Shown in pieces: positions 26,137 to 35,726 of a DNA stretch of 64,000 bases. The notes below the pieces were generated by a model that saw only the letters and a list, made by a program, of their open reading frames with translations, ran no database searches and was not told the origin of the DNA. Source of the stretch: Syntrophales bacterium (lineage in GTDB: Bacteria; Desulfobacterota; Syntrophia; Syntrophales; UBA2192); NCBI GenBank assembly GCA_036725345.1, contig DAIMEJ010000013.1, positions 19,162 to 83,161 on the forward strand, given 5' to 3'. Both the position numbers and the translations under genes were made by a program. How positions within the stretch are numbered: the first letter of the stretch is position 1; each line of letters begins with the position of its first letter.

Positions 26137-27306
26137 GTGATGAATTTCAGTTTTACGGATGAACAGTTGGCCCTGCGTGACATGGTCCGGAAGTTTGCGG
26201 AGAAGGAGCTGAAGCCCTACTACACGAAGTGGGATCGCGAAAAAAAGTATCCCCGTCATCTCCACAAAAAGATGGGTGAACTTGGCCTCATCGGCATGTC
26301 CACGCCCGTGGAGAAAGGCGGTATGGGCGCGCCCCATGTTTCCGAGGGAATCGTCTGCGAGGAGGCTTCCCGGGGTGACTGCGCCCTGACGATGTCTGTG
26401 TCTGTTGTGGGACATCTTTGCGGCGCCATTGTTTCACAGGGGAGCGAGAAGATACGCAAGGAATTTCTGGAGCCGTTTATCGCCGGCGACCTCATTCCCG
26501 CTTTTGCGATCACCGAGCCCGGCTCGGGCACCGATGCCGTGGCCATGAAGTCCACGGCGGTCAAAAAGGGGGCGTCCTACATCCTGAACGGCGAGAAGGC
26601 CGGCATCACGGCGATGATGGACGCCGATTTCGCGATGGTCTTCGCGAAAACGGACCCCGCGGCCGGGGCGAGAGGAGTGAGTTGCTTCGTCGTGCCGACG
26701 AAATATCCCGGCGTGACGCTATCGGCCTATGAGGACATGGGGGTGCGCTCCGTCGCGCGGGGGTCCATCTTCATGGAAGACGTGGAAATCCCCAAGGATT
26801 ATCTCATCGGAAAAGAAGGAACGGGGTTCGTCATGGGCATGCAGGGTTTCGACGTCAGCAGGATCCTGCTGGCCCTCGAGGCGATCGCCCCGGCCATGCT
26901 TTCGCTGGAAGAGACGATCGAGTACACCAAGCAGAGGCACGCTTTCGGAAGACCGATCGCGACATTCGAAGGGGTGTCCTTCCCGCTCGTCGAGCACGTA
27001 AGCCTTCTCGAGGCCGTCCGTTTGCTCTGCTACAAGGGACTCTGGCTGCGTGATCAGGGGCAGTCCTCCTCGGCGGTCGCGGGGATGGTGAAGTGGATGG
27101 CGCCGAGATTTTCCACCAATGCCATCAGGGATTGTCTCGTTCTTCACGGGCATCCCGGCTATACGAATGAATTTCCACTGGAACAGCGCTTGCGGGATGT
27201 GCTGGCGATAGAGATTGCCGACGGGACATCCCAGGTATCGAAACTGGTCGCTTTGCGCGAGCTCTTCGGGCGCGATTATCTGCCCTATAATTACAGGAAC
27301 AAATGA
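26137..27306 (+). CDS. acyl-CoA dehydrogenase
   Basis: 389 aa. Contains AITEPGSGTD. Full ACAD length. Confidence 0.9.
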   Translation: MMNFSFTDEQLALRDMVRKFAEKELKPYYTKWDREKKYPRHLHKKMGELGLIGMSTPVEKGGMGAPHVSEGIVCEEASRGDCALTMSVSVVGHLCGAIVSQGSEKIRKEFLEPFIAGDLIPAFAITEPGSGTDAVAMKSTAVKKGASYILNGEKAGITAMMDADFAMVFAKTDPAAGARGVSCFVVPTKYPGVTLSAYEDMGVRSVARGSIFMEDVEIPKDYLIGKEGTGFVMGMQGFDVSRILLALEAIAPAMLSLEETIEYTKQRHAFGRPIATFEGVSFPLVEHVSLLEAVRLLCYKGLWLRDQGQSSSAVAGMVKWMAPRFSTNAIRDCLVLHGHPGYTNEFPLEQRLRDVLAIEIADGTSQVSKLVALRELFGRDYLPYNYRNK

Positions 27307-27434
27307 ACGCTCTTTGTTCATGAAAAAAGAAAAGAAGGAGGTGAATGTGTCAACAGCGGTCAATGGGGGTTTCTCTAATTTCAACTTAGGGGTGTTAAAC
27401 AACAGACACTTCTCAAGCAAAGGAGGAAGAGACC

Positions 27435-29084
27435 ATGGGGAAAAACGTCGATTATTCAATTTTTAAAGAAGTGTGGGACAAGGAATACACCGTTACGAGG
27501 CAGCTCTACCGGAATTGCCTCATAGAGCCTGACAAGGTCGCCATCATTGACCCCTTCCGTAAAAAGGAATTGACCTTCAGGCAATGGAACGAGGAAGCCA
27601 ACCAGTTCGCCAATGCCCTTCTTGATGCCGGTTTGACGACCCATGACTCCATCATGGGCGATCTGTTCAACACCTACGAGTGGTTTATTCTGCACATGGG
27701 TAGCGCCAAGGCCAGGTGCAAGTTCTACTCCATGAATTTCATGCTCCCCGAGGGCCAGGTCAGCAGGCTGATGGATGAAAGTGAAGTGGCCGTCTTCATC
27801 TACGACGCGGGGCTGAAGGACATGGCCGTCAAGGCCATCGCGATGCGCAAGGTCAAGCCCAAGATCTGTGTTATGTGCGGTCCGGGGGAGGTCCCCAACG
27901 GGCATGTGAGCTACGAGCAATTCATCGCCGGGAAATCGAAGGAGTCCCCCAAAACGGAGAAGGATGTTTCGTGGCTGGACCCGATCCTCGGGCTCTACAC
28001 GTCGGGGACGACGGGGCTTCCCAAGGGTTTTACCCTGAACCACGGGATCATCTTCTTCGACAACATGATGAATGCGGCTCTGCACACAGCCGATAGTCGG
28101 AGCGTCAGCCTCGCCACGAACCCCCTCTTCCACCGCGGCGGAAACACGACGGGTGTGCTTCCCGTACTTCACGTCGGCGGCACGGTCGTCATCATGAGAT
28201 CATTTGATGACAACCTTGCCCTCGATTACATCGAGAAATACAAAGTCAGCCACATGGTGAGCGCCCCGGTGATCTACGAGAGGATGTGCCAGGCGCAGGA
28301 AAAGAAGCCGAGGGACGTGAGCAGCCTGAAAGCCGTCGTCTCCATGGGTTCCCCTCTTGAGAGGGAATCCTGCATGCGGTTAATGAAGATCCTCTGCCGC
28401 GGTGTTTACGACGGCTACGGGACGGCCGATCAGCATTGGGTCACAATGTCAAAGCCCTGGCACCTGCCGGAGAGGGCGGGAACGATCGGGCGCGCCATTA
28501 CGGAAGACATCGTCAAGGTCGTGAGGATCGACCTCGGCCGTCGCGGCGACCCGAACAACCCGGAGGACGATTGCCCCAAAGACGGGAAGACGGAAGGCGA
28601 AATCGCGCTGAGGACGATGCACGGCTGCTACGGCTACATCAACAGGCCGGAAGACGAGGCGAAGGGCCTTCTCTTCAGGGGCTGGCAGCTTCCCGGTGAC
28701 ACGGCCGTGTGGGACAAGGATGGTTTCATAACCATCCGGGGCAGGATGGACGACATGATCATCACCGGAGCCGAGAATGTCCATCCGGTCGTCGTCGAGG
28801 ACGCCCTGAAAGACCATCCGGGGGTCATCGACACCTTTGTGACGGGTGCGCCGAGCAAGGAGTGGGGCGAGACCATCGTCGCCTACGTGGCCCTGAAGGA
28901 TCCGAAGGTGACGGCTAAGGACCTGGACGAGTTCTGCAAGACTCACCCGAGGCTTGCGAGGTACCAGCGCCCCAAACATTACAAGTTCGTCGAGGCGAAG
29001 GAACTTCCCTTCAACCCCGCGGGTAAGAAACTTCACTACGTGATCAAGGAACGCGCGAAGAAAGATTTCGCCAATCTGCCGTAG
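27435..29084 (+). CDS. AMP-dependent acyl-CoA ligase
   Basis: 549 aa. P-loop LYTSGTTGLPKG and a C-terminal GKKLHY. Confidence 0.9.
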   Translation: MGKNVDYSIFKEVWDKEYTVTRQLYRNCLIEPDKVAIIDPFRKKELTFRQWNEEANQFANALLDAGLTTHDSIMGDLFNTYEWFILHMGSAKARCKFYSMNFMLPEGQVSRLMDESEVAVFIYDAGLKDMAVKAIAMRKVKPKICVMCGPGEVPNGHVSYEQFIAGKSKESPKTEKDVSWLDPILGLYTSGTTGLPKGFTLNHGIIFFDNMMNAALHTADSRSVSLATNPLFHRGGNTTGVLPVLHVGGTVVIMRSFDDNLALDYIEKYKVSHMVSAPVIYERMCQAQEKKPRDVSSLKAVVSMGSPLERESCMRLMKILCRGVYDGYGTADQHWVTMSKPWHLPERAGTIGRAITEDIVKVVRIDLGRRGDPNNPEDDCPKDGKTEGEIALRTMHGCYGYINRPEDEAKGLLFRGWQLPGDTAVWDKDGFITIRGRMDDMIITGAENVHPVVVEDALKDHPGVIDTFVTGAPSKEWGETIVAYVALKDPKVTAKDLDEFCKTHPRLARYQRPKHYKFVEAKELPFNPAGKKLHYVIKERAKKDFANLP

Positions 29085-29201
29085 GGGTCTTTCTTTTTGA
29101 ACCGTTTCGGGACTCAGCAGGGTACTCACCCCGCTGAGTCCCGGGAAAATCGTGTAACGCGTTTGCGGAAAATAGATTGCTGGGGAGGAAAGAGGGACAT
29201 C

Positions 29202-30854
29202 ATGGCTATTGAGAGCAACGTCACGAAAAAACAGATAGAGGAATACACGCAGCTGGGTTTCTGGGACAAGTGGACTTTCTGCGATTATATAGAGCGATGG
29301 GCGAAGGCCTTTCCGGACAAGGAAGCTCTCATCGACGCGAAAAACCGGCTGACCTGGTCGCAGTACAAGACCATGATGGACCGGGTGGCCCTCAACTTCC
29401 TGGAAATGGGGATTAAGAGGGACAGCCTGGTCGTAACCCAGATCCCGAACTGCGTAGAAGCCATTGTCATCGAAATGGCCCTCGCAAGGATCGGCGCCTG
29501 CGTGGTTCCCCTGGCCATGCAGTGGCGTGAGCACGAGTTGAACTATGTGCTGCGTCAGACGGAAGCACCTGCCGTCATCGTCGCGAAGGAATACGCAAAA
29601 TTCAACTACGTGGACATGATGAAGGGGCTCAAAAAAAGTCACGCCCACCTCAAACACATCATCGTCATGGGCGACGACGCGCCGGAGGGCACCGTCTCCT
29701 TCAAAAAAATGTGGGACAACAAGCTCGAGAAAAAATACGAGGCGAAATACCTGGATGAGAACTGTAAGATCAACGCCAATGACGTTCTGACCATGTGCTA
29801 CACCTCGGGGACGGAAGCGGACCCTAAAGGCTGTCCCAGGACGCACAATCACTGGAAGGTTTTCGAGCGCTCCGCCTTTCTGCACCACCTCACGGAAAAC
29901 GTGCACGACAAGGTCGTGATGGCCCTTCCCTGGATCAACCTTTTCGGCCAGAGCGTGGGCATTCTCTCAATGGCGATGGCTGGGGGCACGCTTATCCTGC
30001 TGGACGGCTTCAACCCGGCCGTCATGGCGCAGACAATCCACAAGGAGAAAGCGACGCTCTATGCAGGCGTTCCGGCCATGCACGTGGCCCTGCTCAACTA
30101 CGCGGACCTGGACAAGTATGACTTGAGTTCTCTCCGCGTGGTGGCCAGCGGCGGCGCGCCCTGTCCCACGGCCGTCATCAGGCAGCTCATGTCGAAATTC
30201 GGGTGCCTGGTCTGGAACGGCTTCGGCTCCAATGAAGGGCACCTCAACGTGACGGAAGTGGGCATGGATCCGGAACTCGTGTCAACGACCATCGGCCTGC
30301 CGCAGCTCTACAGCCACACGAAGATTGTCGACGAAAAAGGGCAGCCGCTCGGACCGGGGAAAATCGGCGAGTATTGCCAGAGAGCGCCCTTCATCATCGC
30401 GGGTTACTACAAGCGGCCCGAACTGAATGCCGCCAAGTGGGACAAGGACGGTTATTACCATACCGGTGATGCCTGTTTTCTCGACGAGAACGGTTTTTAC
30501 CACTTTGCGACACGCCTGAAAGACATCATCATCCGCGGCGGGATGAACATCAGCGCCGAGGAGGTCGAGTTCATCCTGTACAAGCATCCCAAGGTCGTCA
30601 ATGCCGCGGTTGTTGCCATGCCGGACGCCACCCTGGGCGAGAAATGCTGCGCCTATCTGGAGTTGAAACCGGGTGAATCCGTCACCCTTCAGGACGTGCA
30701 GGCCTTCATGGAAAAAGAAAAGGTCGCGAAGTACAAGTGGCCGGAGAGAGTCGAGGTGATTCCTCAGTTTCCAAGGACGCCAACAGGGAAAGTCCTCAAA
30801 TACAAACTGAGGGAAGACATCGCGGTCAAGATCGGCGGTAAAGGCAAGGCTTAA
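29202..30854 (+). CDS. AMP-dependent acyl-CoA ligase
   Basis: ATG at 29202 after ggggaggaaagaggg gives MAIESNVTKK. Contains CYTSGTEADPKG, YHTGD and PRTPTGKVLK. The track ORF is over-extended to 29097. Confidence 0.88.
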   Translation: MAIESNVTKKQIEEYTQLGFWDKWTFCDYIERWAKAFPDKEALIDAKNRLTWSQYKTMMDRVALNFLEMGIKRDSLVVTQIPNCVEAIVIEMALARIGACVVPLAMQWREHELNYVLRQTEAPAVIVAKEYAKFNYVDMMKGLKKSHAHLKHIIVMGDDAPEGTVSFKKMWDNKLEKKYEAKYLDENCKINANDVLTMCYTSGTEADPKGCPRTHNHWKVFERSAFLHHLTENVHDKVVMALPWINLFGQSVGILSMAMAGGTLILLDGFNPAVMAQTIHKEKATLYAGVPAMHVALLNYADLDKYDLSSLRVVASGGAPCPTAVIRQLMSKFGCLVWNGFGSNEGHLNVTEVGMDPELVSTTIGLPQLYSHTKIVDEKGQPLGPGKIGEYCQRAPFIIAGYYKRPELNAAKWDKDGYYHTGDACFLDENGFYHFATRLKDIIIRGGMNISAEEVEFILYKHPKVVNAAVVAMPDATLGEKCCAYLELKPGESVTLQDVQAFMEKEKVAKYKWPERVEVIPQFPRTPTGKVLKYKLREDIAVKIGGKGKA

Positions 30855-30997
30855 CTGCAATACCTAACTGCAGTACCTAACTGCAATACCCCCCTTGTTA
30901 GTGTGTTTCTCTTTCGCCTCGCGGCAGGGGGTGGCGCCCCTGCCGCGAGAAAACCGGCGGACGTGAAATGATCGGGGGTGGAAAGGAGTGAGCCGTC

Positions 30998-32125
30998 GTG
31001 TTTGAGTTCACGAAAGAACAGGAAATGCTGCGGGCCATGGTTCGCGAATTCGCGGAAAAGGAACTCGCTCCCAGAGCCCTGGATATAGACAAAAAAGGCG
31101 AATTTCCCGCGGATCTCTTCAAGAAAATTGCAGGCCTCGGTCTGCTCGGCATATCGACGCCAAAAGAACTGGGCGGATCTGAAATGGGCCATCTTGCTGC
31201 GACCATAGCGACCGAGGAAGTGGCAAGGGTTTATCCGTCGGCCGCCTTTTTCCTGGAGGTGGGGACGGGGCCGCTCTATGCCCTCGCCAACTTCGGATCG
31301 GCTGATCAGAAGAAAAAATATATTCCCCCGGTCATCAGCGGTGCAAAGAGGATGTGTATCGCCGCCACGGAGCCTTCCGGCGGTTCCGACCTAACCACGA
31401 TGCAGACCGAAGCAGTTGCCGCCGGCGATAGTTATGTCATCAACGGGCGAAAAGTTTACATCACCAGCGGCGGGGCATCGGATTACTGCCTTCTGCTGGC
31501 CAAGACGGGCGAGCGGGCAAGTTTCTTCGTGGTCGAAAAAGGCACACCCGGGTTCATTGTCGGGAGAAGACAGGACCAGATGGGCCTGAAGGGGGTGGAT
31601 GTCAGTGAACTCGTATTCACCGACTGCAAAGTCCCGAAGGATGCCGTGATCGGCAAGGAAGGGGCGGGATTCCCGATTGCCATCACCACGTTCACGGTCG
31701 CCAGGCCGTCCATCGGGGCCCTCGGGTTGGGTATCGCCAGGGGCGCTTTCGATATCGCACTCAGGTACGCCAAGGAACGGGTCCTCTATGGAAAGCCGAT
31801 AGCGAGGCTGCAGGCCGTGCAATTCATGCTGGCCGAGATGGACACGGAAATCGATGCGGCACGATGGCTCGTCTACCAGCCCTGCGCGATCCTGGACCGC
31901 GGAGGGACACCGCGCGACATCGTCAAATCCTCCGCCCGGTCGAAAGCCGCAGGTGCGGAAGTGGCCCTCAGCGTCGTGAGGAAAGCGATCGAGATCCTGG
32001 GCGGTTATGGAGTGAGTCCCGAATATCATCTGGCGCGGCTCATGAACGATGCCATGGAACTTTTCCCGGCCACAGGCACCAATCAGATCATGAAGATCAT
32101 ACAGGCGGGGGAAATACTGAAATAA
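30998..32125 (+). CDS. acyl-CoA dehydrogenase
   Basis: 375 aa, GTG start. Contains AATEPSGGSD. Confidence 0.9.
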   Translation: MFEFTKEQEMLRAMVREFAEKELAPRALDIDKKGEFPADLFKKIAGLGLLGISTPKELGGSEMGHLAATIATEEVARVYPSAAFFLEVGTGPLYALANFGSADQKKKYIPPVISGAKRMCIAATEPSGGSDLTTMQTEAVAAGDSYVINGRKVYITSGGASDYCLLLAKTGERASFFVVEKGTPGFIVGRRQDQMGLKGVDVSELVFTDCKVPKDAVIGKEGAGFPIAITTFTVARPSIGALGLGIARGAFDIALRYAKERVLYGKPIARLQAVQFMLAEMDTEIDAARWLVYQPCAILDRGGTPRDIVKSSARSKAAGAEVALSVVRKAIEILGGYGVSPEYHLARLMNDAMELFPATGTNQIMKIIQAGEILK

Positions 32126-32232
32126 CCTGCAGTCTGATCGATTTGAAAAGAAGAGGCCGTTAGTGGCCATGCGAATGGGCAGGACGGCGTTGATATGGGT
32201 TCGAGCGGTTCAGCATTTCAAGGAGGTGAAAC

Positions 32233-33114
32233 ATGGATGTAAAGAAGATCATGGTCGTGGGGTCCGGGACGATGGGCGCCGGGATCGTCCAGGTGGCAGC
32301 ACAGGCGGGTTATGATGTTGTGATGAAGCTGCACCGGAACATGGAGCGCGGCATGAAAATCATCAACGGAAGCCTGGACAGTCAGGTCAAGAAGGAAAGG
32401 ATTACGGCGGACGACAAGAGTAAAATTCTTTCGCGGATCAAACTGACAACCGCCTGGGAAGATGCCGCAGGTGTGGATTTTGTCATCGAGTCCATCGCCG
32501 AGAACTTCGACGCGAAGAAAGAAGCGTTTGAAAAACTGGACACGATCTGCCGCCCAGAGGTGGTTTTCGCCACGAACACGTCATCGATCCCCATCACGAG
32601 ACTGGCGACGGCCGTGAAACGCCCCCAGAACTTTATCGGGACCCACTTCTTCAATCCCGTGCCGGCCATGCGGCTTGTGGAGATTGTCCGGGGCCTGAAA
32701 ACCTCAATGGAGACGGTGCTCCTAGCCGAAAAAGTCATTCACTCGATGAAAAAGGAAACGGTGCGAGTGAAGGATGTCCCGGGATTTCTCGTCAACCGCA
32801 TCAACCAGGCCCTCCGGAACGAAGCGTACAACTGTCTCATGGAGGGTGTGGCGAGTGTCGAGGACATCGACAAGGCGGCCCGGCTCGCCCTCGGCCATCC
32901 CATGGGGCCTTTCGAAGTCGCCGATCTGGTCGGGCTCGATATCGGGCTCGAGGTGCTGAGGGGACTCTTCAACAGCTACAAGGACATCAAGTGGCGGCCG
33001 AGCATGCTCCTGGAGCAGCTCGTCGAAAGCGGCGACCTGGGGAAGAAGACGGGCAAGGGGTGGTACGACTACGCCTCCGGAGAGAAGAAACCCCGAGGCG
33101 ACGTGAAGTTCTGA
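32233..33114 (+). CDS. hbd: 3-hydroxyacyl-CoA (3-hydroxybutyryl-CoA) dehydrogenase
   Basis: 293 aa. NAD fold IMVVGSGTMGAGIVQVAA, then HFFNPVP and GFLVNR. Confidence 0.9.
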   Translation: MDVKKIMVVGSGTMGAGIVQVAAQAGYDVVMKLHRNMERGMKIINGSLDSQVKKERITADDKSKILSRIKLTTAWEDAAGVDFVIESIAENFDAKKEAFEKLDTICRPEVVFATNTSSIPITRLATAVKRPQNFIGTHFFNPVPAMRLVEIVRGLKTSMETVLLAEKVIHSMKKETVRVKDVPGFLVNRINQALRNEAYNCLMEGVASVEDIDKAARLALGHPMGPFEVADLVGLDIGLEVLRGLFNSYKDIKWRPSMLLEQLVESGDLGKKTGKGWYDYASGEKKPRGDVKF

Positions 33115-33132
33115 TAACGGGAGAGAACATCC

Positions 33133-33915
33133 ATGGGTTACACCACGCTTCTCCTCGAGAGGAACGGAAAAGCCGGCGTCGGCATCATCCGGTTGAACCG
33201 GCCCGAAGTCCGAAATGCAATCAACGTCGTCATGCGGCAGGAGCTTCTGCGGGCGTTGGCCGAGTTTGACGCCGACGGTGCGGTCCGGGCCATCATCGTC
33301 ACGGGCGGCGACAAGGTGTTCGCGGCCGGGGCCGATATTGCGGCGATGGTTGAACAGACGGCACTGGAGCAGTTCGATCGGGTCTCGCTCTGGGATGTCA
33401 CCTGCCGGATGGAGCAATCGAGAAAGCCGATCATCGCGGCGGTGGCGGGTTTCTGTCTCGGCGGGGGCTGCGAGCTGGCCATGGGGTGCGATGTCAGGGT
33501 TGCGGCGGCCGGGGCGCAATTCGGCCAACCCGAGATCAATATCGGTATCATCCCGGGCGGCGGTGGCACTGTTCGCCTCGCGAGGCTGGTCGGCCTGGGC
33601 AAGGCCAAGGAACTGGTCCTGACCGGCAGGTTGATCACGGCGGAGGAAGCCCTCCGGATCAACCTCGTGAACAGGGTGGTTCCCGACGACCGTCTCATGG
33701 AGGAAGCCATGGAGATGGCTCGCCTGATGACCCGGCACAGCTCCGTGGCCCTGGGGGTCGCGAAGTACGCCGTCCAGAACGCCGTCGACGCGGATCTTCA
33801 AACGGGCCGCGCGATCGAAAATGCCTGTTTCTCCCTGGTCTTTGCCAGCGAAGACCGGACCGAGGGCATGAAGGCGTTCCTGGAGAAACGAAAACCGCAA
33901 TACAAAGGCAAATAG
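33133..33915 (+). CDS. enoyl-CoA hydratase (crotonase-like)
   Basis: 260 aa. Contains IIVTGGDKVFAAGADI, AAVAGFCLGGGCELAM and FLEKRKPQYKGK. Confidence 0.9.
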   Translation: MGYTTLLLERNGKAGVGIIRLNRPEVRNAINVVMRQELLRALAEFDADGAVRAIIVTGGDKVFAAGADIAAMVEQTALEQFDRVSLWDVTCRMEQSRKPIIAAVAGFCLGGGCELAMGCDVRVAAAGAQFGQPEINIGIIPGGGGTVRLARLVGLGKAKELVLTGRLITAEEALRINLVNRVVPDDRLMEEAMEMARLMTRHSSVALGVAKYAVQNAVDADLQTGRAIENACFSLVFASEDRTEGMKAFLEKRKPQYKGK

Positions 33916-33946
33916 TCCAGAAGGTCAACACGAAGGAGGATATACC

Positions 33947-35116
33947 ATGAGTAGAGTTGCAGTGGTCGGAGTAGGACAAACAAAATTTGTGCGCTCCTAT
34001 CCGGGGTCCATCCGGGAGATGGTCTTCGAGGCGTTCAAGGAGGCCATGGCGGATGCGCAGATGACGGTCAAGGACATTGACGCCACGATCGTCTGCTCGG
34101 CGCCGGAGTATGATAAGCAGCGATCACCGTCGGGCGTGCTCGCGGAGTATCTGGGGCTGAACCCCCAGCCGACATTTTATACGGAGTCCCTGTGTTCGTC
34201 GAGCACCACCGGTCTGAGGCTGGCCTATTCGCTCGTCAAGGCCGGTCTTCACGACACGGTCATGGTCCTCGGTTTTCAGAAGATGTCGGAGATCAGCGCG
34301 GCGGAGTCACAGGAGCGGATGGGCCGGGGCACCGACATCCAGTGGGAAGCGCCATTCGGCACGATGATGCCGGCATACTATGCCATGTTTGCCCGGGGGC
34401 ATATGGCGAAGTACGGGACGACGCCCGATGACCTGGCCCTTGTGCGGATCAAGTCGTCGACCTACGGCGTATTCAATGACAAGGCCATGCTGAGAAAGCA
34501 GATGACCCCGGATGTTTTCAAGGACCCCGCGAGCCCCATGACGGGTATCCTGTCGAGTCCCCTCCGGGTGGGAGACTGCTGCTCCAACGCCGACGGGGCG
34601 TCCTGCATCATCGTGGCGGGTGAAAAAAGGGCGAAAAGCATGTCGAAAAGACCCGTCTGGATCCTCGGCCTCGGGTCCGCGACGGCCTCTGTGAACATGG
34701 CGGGCCGCGAGCTCTTTTACTCCCTGCCGGCGGCCACGGAAGCCGCGAACCAGGCCTACAAGATGGCGGGGGTCAAACCCAAGGACATCAACGTGGCGGA
34801 AGTCCACGACTGCTTCACGATCGCGGAGATTATGGCCTATGAGAGCCTCGGCTTCGCGAAACCCGGCGAAGGCCCCGCGCTGGTCCGTTCGAAAGAAACC
34901 TACAAGGAAGGCAGCATCCCCGTAAACGTCGACGGAGGTCTGCTGTCGAAAGGGCATCCCGTCGGGGCGACAGGCGGGTCCCAGGTTCGGACCATCGTAC
35001 TGCAGCTGAGAGGGGAAGCCGGGGACATGCAGGTCAAGAACCCGGCATTAGGGCTGGTCCACAATGTCGGCGGTGTGGGTCTTTACGCCAATGTCAGCAT
35101 CTTAGGGAGAGAATAG
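33947..35116 (+). CDS. thiolase-like protein (SCP-x / archaeal-type thiolase)
   Basis: 389 aa. Active-site region ESLCSSSTTGL and C-terminal GHPVGATGG. Paired with a DUF35 protein. Confidence 0.85.
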   Translation: MSRVAVVGVGQTKFVRSYPGSIREMVFEAFKEAMADAQMTVKDIDATIVCSAPEYDKQRSPSGVLAEYLGLNPQPTFYTESLCSSSTTGLRLAYSLVKAGLHDTVMVLGFQKMSEISAAESQERMGRGTDIQWEAPFGTMMPAYYAMFARGHMAKYGTTPDDLALVRIKSSTYGVFNDKAMLRKQMTPDVFKDPASPMTGILSSPLRVGDCCSNADGASCIIVAGEKRAKSMSKRPVWILGLGSATASVNMAGRELFYSLPAATEAANQAYKMAGVKPKDINVAEVHDCFTIAEIMAYESLGFAKPGEGPALVRSKETYKEGSIPVNVDGGLLSKGHPVGATGGSQVRTIVLQLRGEAGDMQVKNPALGLVHNVGGVGLYANVSILGRE

Positions 35117-35118
35117 CC

Positions 35119-35553
35119 ATGTCAAAGAAAGCTACAGCAGACACTCGATTTTCGAAATTCGGAACGATCAGTTTTACGGCGACAACCCGTATCAATGATT
35201 TTGTCGACTACCTGGAAAAGGGAAAGGTGGTGGGGACGAAGTGCAAGAAATGCGGGCAGCGTTACTTCCCGCCCCGGGCCGACTGTTTCCATGATCTGAC
35301 CAGCGACATGGAGTGGTTCGAGGTGACCCCCGGCGGAAAACTGCTCACGTTTTCCACCCTGAAATTTGCGCCCGCGGGTTTTGACAAGGAACTTCCCTAC
35401 ACGATCGCCGTTCTGGATTTCGGTGATTACAAGGTTTTCGGCCGTGTCGACAGCGCCATCCCTGAGGACAAGCTCTCCGTGGGGATGCCCATGAAGGTCG
35501 CCGTCAACAAACTGCCGAACGACCATATCAACTATTATTTTACAGCGGCTTAG
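35119..35553 (+). CDS. DUF35 Zn-ribbon/OB-fold protein (thiolase partner)
   Basis: 144 aa. CKKCGQRYFPPRADC zinc-ribbon. The start is 2 nt after the thiolase stop. Confidence 0.8.
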   Translation: MSKKATADTRFSKFGTISFTATTRINDFVDYLEKGKVVGTKCKKCGQRYFPPRADCFHDLTSDMEWFEVTPGGKLLTFSTLKFAPAGFDKELPYTIAVLDFGDYKVFGRVDSAIPEDKLSVGMPMKVAVNKLPNDHINYYFTAA

Positions 35554-35726
35554 GGTCGACGCGGCTCGAAGAAGTCCCGGCCGTCGTCAGGGTCTTTCGG
35601 GCAATGCCATGCCGGTTCTAGTGTTTGTGAACGCTGATGGCCGTCGAACGTGGGGTGTGTCGTCTATGCGACACGTCGAGGGTGACGCTTCCGCATGACC
35701 TGCGGGAACCATTCGAATAAGGAGAG

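Noticed and set aside
28449-29906. 485-aa minus-strand ORF, with similar long antisense ORFs at 21919..22896, 32722..33900, 42801..44249, 45022..45825, 46783..47685, 52380..53639 and 56015..56869
   Set aside because: All overlap confidently assigned plus-strand genes. All have the same Arg/Pro/Gly/His-rich composition that is typical of stop-free antisense frames in GC-rich DNA.
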